IMG/VR virus record: IMGVR_UViG_3300032753_000007
Coordinates: 45,753-109,752 of that record
Length of the DNA stretch: 64,000 nucleotides
Origin: a virus
Reading direction: 5' to 3' (one strand)
The number at the start of each line of letters is the position of its first letter. The stretch's first letter is position 1. Of the stretch, positions 20,175 to 26,980 are shown one piece after another. A model generated the notes under the pieces. It was not told where the DNA came from. It saw nothing but the letters and a program-made list of their open reading frames with translations, and did no database searches. The translations under genes were made by a program, and so were the position numbers.

Positions 20175-20210
20175 AAATAATTACAAAGCTATATTATTGT
20201 TATGCAGTAC
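20175..20210 (+). promoter_or_regulatory. putative early (vRNAP) promoter
   Basis: AAATAATTACAAAGCTATATTATTGTTATGCAGTAC; near-identical copy at 22734; resembles the phiKZ early TATATTAC motif. Confidence 0.7.
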
Positions 20211-20244
20211 ACTTAATTTAAACTCAAAATAGAGGAATACAAAA

Positions 20245-21111
20245 ATGAAAACTAATAAAACCAATGCTAAAAGAACTTCAATCTTAGAAATATTAAGCCC
20301 TGACTCATTAAACATTGGTGCTTATGCTCGTCAATGGCAACAAGATTGTAAGGAGACATATATTAAACAATATGGCGAAGAAAACATAGACAGCTGGTAT
20401 AATCGGCTGAATAAGGTTTCTAAGCTAAGAAAGGAGCTAATAGCAACGGTAGATTTATTAGGACCTGAAAAGTTAAAAGATCAATTACTTATCATAAAGA
20501 ATCTATTGGAACTAAAGCCAGTAGATTTAAAACAAGTCATACTTCTTGAGCTTTCTGTAACGTTCATGATTGATACTATACTAGGTAATCCAGTTGAATT
20601 TATAACAAAGGAGTTTTCAGGCACACCTGCTGAAATTACAAATAAACTAAAAGCACTAAGAATGGGTAAGATTTCTACCCATAATTACAACATACTCTCA
20701 CTGCTATTTAAGTGTGAGTTTACTGAACGAGATGCTTATATTAAATCACTTATTCTTTTAATAGAGCTACAGTATAAATATGTTATAAAACTAATGGTTG
20801 TTAACATACATGACCAAAGTTATTATAAAGAAACCATTGGTATGTGTACGTGGGTACCAACCACTACACAAGGCGTTACCATATTGGTTAATAGAATTGA
20901 AGCTAGTAACCAATTTAAAGAAATAAATGAGAGCTTTGATAAAATTATGGAAACACAATTACCAGAAACAAATGCTGGCTATGCCGATCCAGTAACTAAT
21001 GAAGTAATAGAAGTGCCTTTGACAGATGATGAGGAAACAGAATTAGTTCCAACACAAGAAGAAAAAACTGAAGTACTACAAGCGTTTGTTAAAATGCTAG
21101 GAGTAAACTAA
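20245..21111 (+). CDS. hypothetical early protein
   Basis: 288 aa; SD GAGG; follows a promoter motif; acidic C-terminus. Confidence 0.7.
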   Translation: MKTNKTNAKRTSILEILSPDSLNIGAYARQWQQDCKETYIKQYGEENIDSWYNRLNKVSKLRKELIATVDLLGPEKLKDQLLIIKNLLELKPVDLKQVILLELSVTFMIDTILGNPVEFITKEFSGTPAEITNKLKALRMGKISTHNYNILSLLFKCEFTERDAYIKSLILLIELQYKYVIKLMVVNIHDQSYYKETIGMCTWVPTTTQGVTILVNRIEASNQFKEINESFDKIMETQLPETNAGYADPVTNEVIEVPLTDDEETELVPTQEEKTEVLQAFVKMLGVN

Positions 21112-21185
21112 TGGCATATATTCTATTATTAATAATCTTAGGATTTGTTGTTGCAGACATGTGCAAAGACATATCTAGAAAGTAA
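21111..21185 (+). CDS. 24-aa membrane micro-protein (not in ORF track)
   Basis: MAYILLLIILGFVVADMCKDISRK; TAATG overlap with upstream stop; SD AGGAG at 21099; followed by a hairpin. Confidence 0.55.
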   Translation: MAYILLLIILGFVVADMCKDISRK

Positions 21186-21199
21186 TCGTTGGTGTAATA

Positions 21200-21231
21200 G
21201 TGTATACGTGCCTTATAAGGCACGTATACAC
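21200..21231. terminator. 32-bp perfect palindrome
   Basis: GTGTATACGTGCCTTATAAGGCACGTATACAC. Confidence 0.7.
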
Positions 21232-21269
21232 GTATCATATAGAGATGACTATTTTTTTTGGAGAAATAT

Positions 21270-22034
21270 ATGGCAGACGCAATTAATGCAATTAAATATT
21301 CGGCTGTTGCTTTTAATAGTGGCAAGCCATTAGAATTAAAGTATGATGATAAAGGTTATTGTAAAGTCATATTAGGTGGATTTGATATCTATAATAGGCA
21401 TGGTGACTTATACCCAATGGTGCCTAAAGTAGCCGCTCTATTTGCACCAGGTGGTACTGTAAGAAGGCGTTTAGATGAAGGCACTATGAGAGGCGAATAT
21501 AAGCATCCTGAATTAGTGGGTTTAACTAAAGCACAAATATTAAGACGATTAGAAATGATAGATGAATTACTAATATCTCATCACATTAGAGATATTGAGC
21601 TAATAGAAAAGAATGATGATAAAGGTAAAAAAATGGTATTAGCAGTAGGGAGTATTAAACCTACTGGCCCTTATGCAGATCCATTAGAAAAAGAATTATC
21701 AAATAGTGAAGAAAACGTAGCATTTAGTGTAAGGTGTTTATTTGATATTGGTCCAGGTATTCCTAGAAACGTTAGACCAGTATCGCATATCTTTACCTAT
21801 GATCATGTTTATGAAGGTGGTATTTTTCTTGCTAATAAGTTTTCATCAGTAGGTTTAGAAGATATTACAAGAGAACCTATTTATTTAACAGAAGATGATT
21901 TTGATGATGCTATTGAATTAAGTAGTGTAAATGGCATTGGATTAGAATCAGAAAAAACATACTTAACAATGATTAAAACAGATTTAGGTTGGAAAAAGAT
22001 ACAAGTAATGAGAACGAGCTCAATAGATTGGTAA
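21270..22034 (+). CDS. prohead maturation protease (phiKZ gp175-like)
   Basis: RGEYKHP, SHHIRDI, AFSVR and TYDHV motifs; C-terminal GLE sites fit S/A/G-X-E autocleavage. Start placed at ATG 21270 behind GGAG. Confidence 0.85.
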   Translation: MADAINAIKYSAVAFNSGKPLELKYDDKGYCKVILGGFDIYNRHGDLYPMVPKVAALFAPGGTVRRRLDEGTMRGEYKHPELVGLTKAQILRRLEMIDELLISHHIRDIELIEKNDDKGKKMVLAVGSIKPTGPYADPLEKELSNSEENVAFSVRCLFDIGPGIPRNVRPVSHIFTYDHVYEGGIFLANKFSSVGLEDITREPIYLTEDDFDDAIELSSVNGIGLESEKTYLTMIKTDLGWKKIQVMRTSSIDW

Positions 22035-22044
22035 ATAGATAATC

Positions 22045-22076
22045 TATTACTGGATAGCATTAGCTATCCAGTAATA
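22045..22076 (+). terminator. terminator hairpin
   Basis: TATTACTGGATAGC-atta-GCTATCCAGTAATA after the protease gene. Confidence 0.75.
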
Positions 22077-22092
22077 ATATTTACCGTATTTC

Positions 22093-22178
22093 ATAAATTC
22101 AAATAATTTTCATATATATATAGTTAATATGAATAAAGACAATTCCGTCTTTTCAAACGCTGCGATGAGCAGCAAGGA
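22093..22178 (+). repeat. promoter plus two-hairpin leader element, copy 1
   Basis: ~85 bp homologous to 45962-46049: CATATATATATA..ATATGAATAAAGACAATTCCGTC..AACGCTGCrATGAGCAGCA. Confidence 0.85.
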
Positions 22179-22186
22179 AAAATATT

Positions 22187-22558
22187 ATGTTTGTTTTAAA
22201 ATCAGTACAACCGTTCTCTAATATAGATAACGGAAAAGTAAACTTGACAATAACAATAACGCTAAACGGAGGTGTGGTTACAGCAAAAAGAGTAGAGTGC
22301 AGATATCTGCACGGGGTGTCCACTAACAAGCTTGTAGTAGAGAAAGAAATCACCATTGTAGAAATGGAAGCTCTGCTTCAGTTCTACAACATTATGGACT
22401 ATCTAACTCATCTCACTGATGAGTTAGTAAGAATTGAAGAAATGCCTAATAACCACTTACATATAAGGGACTTAGAAGAGAAAATTAAGGAAATGGAAAA
22501 AACCAGTTCCTTACTAAGGAAGGCATTTCCAGATAGGATAAAAGACTTTATCTGGTAA
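22187..22558 (+). CDS. hypothetical early cassette protein
   Basis: 123 aa; SD AAGGA; has its own promoter/leader and terminator. Confidence 0.7.
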   Translation: MFVLKSVQPFSNIDNGKVNLTITITLNGGVVTAKRVECRYLHGVSTNKLVVEKEITIVEMEALLQFYNIMDYLTHLTDELVRIEEMPNNHLHIRDLEEKIKEMEKTSSLLRKAFPDRIKDFIW

Positions 22559-22566
22559 GACTTCAG

Positions 22567-22610
22567 CTACCGCAGAGAGATTAATCTCTCTGCGGTAGTA
22601 TTTTTTTTTT
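22567..22610 (+). terminator. intrinsic terminator (32-bp perfect palindrome plus T tract)
   Basis: CTACCGCAGAGAGATTAATCTCTCTGCGGTAG followed by T10. Confidence 0.85.
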
Positions 22611-22733
22611 CTATTCATTTTTATATTGATATTATTACTATGCTAATTAAATATAGTTAGCTTTAACTTAATGCTTAATGAGAATTTAAAATGGAAAAAG
22701 CACCATTCATGCCACCTACTAAGTAAATTATGT

Positions 22734-22769
22734 AAATAATTACAAAGCTATATCATTACTATGCAGTAC
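22734..22769 (+). promoter_or_regulatory. putative early promoter
   Basis: AAATAATTACAAAGCTATATCATTACTATGCAGTAC; 33/36 identical to 20175-20210. Confidence 0.7.
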
Positions 22770-22801
22770 AATCAACTCAATTAATCTAAAGGAAAAATAA
22801 A

Positions 22802-23161
22802 ATGAACAACATTGTAACTTTTGCAAAAAACACAACTACAGTTAAACATGCTGATCCTTTTGTTGGTACGTTGCCAGCAAATGAAACTAGAGAATCTATT
22901 CTTGAAAAAGCAGCGGTTGTGGATGAATGGCGTGAGAATGTAATGAGTCATGTAGCTAATGAGGTAACCGCTCATTTCAGTACAATGGATCATAGTTTGA
23001 ATCCAACTATATCAGTTGATGGCTTGTCACTAGGTGGGAAAACTACATTAGCTGTGCATTGTAACAAAACAGACGGGTTATTTACAGTAACTGAATTTGA
23101 CCACGGTGACTTAATGAAAGAGGCTTTACAAAAAAGCAAAGAATTGTTTGGACCGTTTTAA
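22802..23161 (+). CDS. hypothetical early protein
   Basis: 119 aa; SD AAGGA; downstream of a promoter motif. Confidence 0.7.
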   Translation: MNNIVTFAKNTTTVKHADPFVGTLPANETRESILEKAAVVDEWRENVMSHVANEVTAHFSTMDHSLNPTISVDGLSLGGKTTLAVHCNKTDGLFTVTEFDHGDLMKEALQKSKELFGPF

Positions 23162-23298
23162 AAAATACAGTTAACCATCACATCTCTTACCAGGAATAAA
23201 TATGAAAGTCAAACAATATATAGAAAAATTTGCTAAAGAAACACCGGTAACACGAAGATGCTAACAACAATAACACTATTGTAGAATAAACAACAATA

Positions 23299-23330
23299 AT
23301 ATCACACTACCATTGTTGGTAGTGTGATAT
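23299..23330 (+). terminator. terminator-like hairpin
   Basis: ATATCACACTACCA-ttgt-TGGTAGTGTGATAT. Confidence 0.7.
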
Positions 23331-23530
23331 ATTCTTACTCATTAATAAATAAGGAAAATAGTGATGACACTGAATAAATTAACACTGCCCGCATTCTACA
23401 GTGCTTGAAGATGTATTGCTTGTATTTCAACTCAATGACAAACAGTTAAATAATTTAACGAGCTTATTTAGTTTATATTTAAAAGATGATGTAAAATGCA
23501 TTGAATTACGCACACTTGTTAATGGAGTAA

Positions 23531-23986
23531 ATGAATATTATGATATTTGAAACAACCGGCAATATATTTGACTCTACAGCGGATTGGTTAGTAAATCCAG
23601 TTAACTGCGCTGGTGCGATGGGTAAAGGACTAGCGTTTAAGTTTAGAGAACGATATCCTTCTATGTATGCCTACTACAAAGATGAATGTCTTAAGAGAAA
23701 TATAAAAGTAGGTAAAGTAAACTTCTGGAACAACAAGTCATTTGTTGTACCTGGCATTATTTTGTTTCCTACTAAACAACACTGGGCTAATCCATCTAAA
23801 CTTGAATGGATTGATAGTGGGTTAGAATATCTAAATGAATCTATTTTAGGAGGTTTTGCTGAAAACGAATCTATAGCGGTGCCTGCTATTGGGTGTGGTT
23901 ATGGTGGGCTGGATATAGCAGATGTAAAACCATTAATTTACAAATGGCTAGATCCAGTCCCAAATCCAGTATACTTGTATCTGTAG
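23531..23986 (+). CDS. macrodomain ADP-ribose hydrolase (DarG/TARG1/Poa1-like)
   Basis: GNIF, VNPVNCAGAMGKGLA..F..RYP, FPTKQHW..PS and SIAVPAIGCGYGGL motifs. Confidence 0.9.
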   Translation: MNIMIFETTGNIFDSTADWLVNPVNCAGAMGKGLAFKFRERYPSMYAYYKDECLKRNIKVGKVNFWNNKSFVVPGIILFPTKQHWANPSKLEWIDSGLEYLNESILGGFAENESIAVPAIGCGYGGLDIADVKPLIYKWLDPVPNPVYLYL

Positions 23987-24001
23987 AAAGAGGCTAAAAC
24001 A

Positions 24002-24292
24002 ATGATGGAAATAATGCATTTGGTACATCGCCTGCATAAACTCGATCTCGCTGCATTTTATAACCCAGACGATCAAGATATGATTAATCTTATTAAAGAA
24101 AGAAATAAAGAACAAATTTTCAACTATCTAATTGAAAAGAACCACTGTAGAATCGCCCCCCATAATGCCAATACTAATGTACTTACCCATGCTTTTACTG
24201 AAGAAGATCTTAAAGCTTTAGTAAGCGATTGTATTTTCATTGGAGAACAGATTGAGTCTAGTAAAAATGCATCTCTACTGCTAGATAAATAA
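24002..24292 (+). CDS. hypothetical protein
   Basis: 96 aa; SD GAGG. Confidence 0.6.
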   Translation: MMEIMHLVHRLHKLDLAAFYNPDDQDMINLIKERNKEQIFNYLIEKNHCRIAPHNANTNVLTHAFTEEDLKALVSDCIFIGEQIESSKNASLLLDK

Positions 24293-24315
24293 CAATTCTT
24301 AACCTCTTACCATAT

Positions 24316-24360
24316 AGCACTAACGTTTGATTAATCAAATGTTAGTGCTTTTTATTTTTT
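24316..24360 (+). terminator. intrinsic terminator
   Basis: AGCACTAACGTTTGATTAATCAAATGTTAGTGCT (one G-U pair) followed by a T tract. Confidence 0.8.
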
Positions 24361-25074
24361 ATGAAAATTACATTAATTACCCTATTTGTTTTATTAATGA
24401 TTAGTCCATTAGATGGATTAGCTAAAACTTATAAAAAAAGCTTAACAACAAAACGAGTAGATACTCGACCTAACGAATACAATAAAGACATATGGACATA
24501 TACTGCTGAAGTAGATATGTATTCGTATGCATCTTTTTTAAATATGACATTAGACTATTCTGATAGTAATGGGTGGGATATACAGCTAGCAAATTACAAT
24601 GACCAAATATACGGTAAAAATGCTAAAGACTATACAGGCACTGAGTATCTTAATATATCTAAGTCGTTTTATTTAAATAAGCATTATAGCTTTTTATTAG
24701 GATCACAAATAGGCACTACGTTATTTACTACACTAAAGCCTATGTATTTGTTTGAGTATGGTTTATTTACTATTCAGCCAAATAAGTACTTTAATATTCA
24801 ACTAGGTTCTTATTTTGCAAATAGTAGCTTAACAACAACTACAGATGTTATTGGCTATATAACTGGCTTTACTGTTAATAACTATAATGGGTCTTTAATT
24901 TTACAAGGTGATTATTATAGTGGTGAAAACAATGTATCCAGTGCTGTTATAAATTTGCTATATAGCGCTAATAATACAACACAGCCTTACATAGGTGTAG
25001 AGATACCTGAAACAAGTTCAGGTAATGATTTTTATGGTATTGTTGGTTTAAATTATACATTCAATAATCATTAG
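24361..25074 (+). CDS. putative outer-membrane beta-barrel protein
   Basis: Sec-type signal peptide MKITLITLFVLLMISPLDGLA; Tyr/Asn/Gly/Thr-rich alternating strands; last strand FYGIVGLNYTF. Confidence 0.65.
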   Translation: MKITLITLFVLLMISPLDGLAKTYKKSLTTKRVDTRPNEYNKDIWTYTAEVDMYSYASFLNMTLDYSDSNGWDIQLANYNDQIYGKNAKDYTGTEYLNISKSFYLNKHYSFLLGSQIGTTLFTTLKPMYLFEYGLFTIQPNKYFNIQLGSYFANSSLTTTTDVIGYITGFTVNNYNGSLILQGDYYSGENNVSSAVINLLYSANNTTQPYIGVEIPETSSGNDFYGIVGLNYTFNNH

Positions 25075-25160
25075 GAAACTTTATAGATACATCAGACCAT
25101 GTAGTTTACTATAAGTTATATTGTGAGTAATTATAATTTTAACTTATAGAGAATATAAAC

Positions 25161-25367
25161 ATGGGGTTTATTATAGGCTTAATAATGGCTTTTCTTATAT
25201 CGTTATTTAATTTTAATAATGATAATGATGTAATGCACAGTCATTCACAAACAACTGAGGAAATAGCTAAAAAAGATAAACACTATTATTCTGTTCCTGA
25301 AGTCAATAAAGATAAAACAGCTACAATAGCAATTGCTTTATTTATTAGCATTATGCTATTAATTTAA
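25161..25367 (+). CDS. small membrane protein with VPEID-CTERM-like C-terminus
   Basis: Hydrophobic N-terminus, polar linker, then SVPEVN..TATIAIALFISIMLLI. Confidence 0.5.
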   Translation: MGFIIGLIMAFLISLFNFNNDNDVMHSHSQTTEEIAKKDKHYYSVPEVNKDKTATIAIALFISIMLLI

Positions 25368-25400
25368 TAATACATATAACTCATTATAGGATACACCATT

Positions 25401-26051
25401 ATGCAAATTATATATAACGACTGCCACGCAATGCAAGATTTTCCAGATATTCAAAATGAGCTTTTATATGATAGGGCAGTCAATATAAGTAGTTTAATTA
25501 ATTTTGAAGTATTAGGCAAATACCTCAATATAGATGAAAACATTGAAAATAACTTTACATTTAAAGATTATTTTTATAAATTAATAGAAGTAGCTTTTGG
25601 TGATGTGGATAATTATGTAAGTGCTTTTGGTGAAAAGTTTGTGTTAATTATAATGGTCTGGAGTAAAGCCATTGATGAAATATTAGCCAGTGGATTAAAA
25701 CGGCCTAAGAAAAAAGACGACTTATTATTTAGTTGGGAATGGAATACGCATGGAAAAATGACAAATACCAAATTACAAGGAGAATTTATTGTTTCACTTA
25801 CATCAGGCAAATATATAGACATCTATTGCATACTCCATAATGGTGTTGATACTTTAAGTGAAAAAGAAATACATTGCATTTTAAAATGTAATGCTATCGT
25901 TGCTTTACTCATATCATTTTATTATGGCATAGCTTATGGCATATCACTTATGCCTAATGTAGCAATAGTGAGTGATAATTATACATTGGTAAGTGATCGT
26001 AATAATTTAGTTGATTTAGCGATATTACATGACTATGTAACAATACATTAA
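25401..26051 (+). CDS. hypothetical protein
   Basis: 216 aa; SD AGGA. Confidence 0.6.
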   Translation: MQIIYNDCHAMQDFPDIQNELLYDRAVNISSLINFEVLGKYLNIDENIENNFTFKDYFYKLIEVAFGDVDNYVSAFGEKFVLIIMVWSKAIDEILASGLKRPKKKDDLLFSWEWNTHGKMTNTKLQGEFIVSLTSGKYIDIYCILHNGVDTLSEKEIHCILKCNAIVALLISFYYGIAYGISLMPNVAIVSDNYTLVSDRNNLVDLAILHDYVTIH

Positions 26052-26056
26052 TAATC

Positions 26057-26089
26057 TATCATCACACATCCAATGGATGTGTGATGATA
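26057..26089. terminator. bidirectional terminator hairpin
   Basis: TATCATCACACATCCA-a-TGGATGTGTGATGATA between convergent genes. Confidence 0.8.
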
Positions 26090-26112
26090 ATTATAATTAT
26101 ATTATTTTTTTT

Positions 26113-26967
26113 TTATGCTGTTGGTGGCAATACAGCAGCAGTAATTTCTGATGCTAAACCTTGTAATGAGGCTACATTGGATGCAATGCCATTTGCCATA
26201 CCTGCCAAATCTAAAGGTCTCAAACCATTTAGCTGTAAAGTATTTAAATAGTTTTTAGCCATTTGATCAATTTGTTGACCTACTTGCTGTACGCCAGTAA
26301 ACTCAATATCAACAGTAGTCAATTCTGAACCAGCACCCATTTCACGAGAACCTTCAATAGGGCCTGCTGTTTTTGGCATATGATTGCTAATTAGCCAAGC
26401 ATTAGTAATCTTAGTCATTGTCAAATCAGGTTCAAAATACAATACAGTAAATGATTGTTGTGATGCTAAAATAGCAGGAGAGCCTGCTGAAATATAAGCA
26501 GGTTCAGCAACAATACCTGGCACTTGTAAATCTGGATCTAAAATTAATTGTCTACCAAATTCAGTCCAGTATTTTGTAATTGCTTGACCGTATTTTTCAG
26601 CCCATGAGAAAGTAGGTGTAGACTGCTCACGGCTTGCTTTTAATGGAGACTCTAGTTTTAAACCAGAGTGTCCTATTGGAACGCCATCATATTCCCATTC
26701 AAGACTTTGTTTTAAACCGTCAATTTTTTGAGGCATTACTTCAATCAATTGTTTAAGTGCTTGCATTTGATAACTCGCATTAGGCATGTACTGCATTAAG
26801 CCTGGTGCAGATATCAATACGGCCATGACTTTCTGACGTATATAGTTACTAGATGTAGCCCAGAATAATGGATTAACCATTAACCCTTGCTGACCACCAT
26901 TAGACATGTCTAATTGTGGGGTGTTATTTGAGTTCATTGAAATCGTAGAAGTCGTTGTAATAGCCAT
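26113..26967 (-). CDS. tail tube protein (phiKZ gp30-like)
   Basis: 284 aa; directly after the sheath gene; EKYG, LYFEPD and MPKTAG motifs. Confidence 0.8.
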   Translation of the reverse strand: MAITTTSTISMNSNNTPQLDMSNGGQQGLMVNPLFWATSSNYIRQKVMAVLISAPGLMQYMPNASYQMQALKQLIEVMPQKIDGLKQSLEWEYDGVPIGHSGLKLESPLKASREQSTPTFSWAEKYGQAITKYWTEFGRQLILDPDLQVPGIVAEPAYISAGSPAILASQQSFTVLYFEPDLTMTKITNAWLISNHMPKTAGPIEGSREMGAGSELTTVDIEFTGVQQVGQQIDQMAKNYLNTLQLNGLRPLDLAGMANGIASNVASLQGLASEITAAVLPPTA

Positions 26968-26980
26968 AATTTACTCCTTA

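Noticed and set aside
21089-21333. ORFs 21089..21325 (-) and 21145..21333 (+) sharing VYVPYKARIH
   Set aside because: Artefact of the 32-bp palindrome reading the same on both strands.
21575-22480. HHIRDIE (protease) versus LHIRDLE (cassette 1 protein) as a second captured fragment
   Set aside because: Only about 5 residues match and nucleotide identity is low; consistent with chance.
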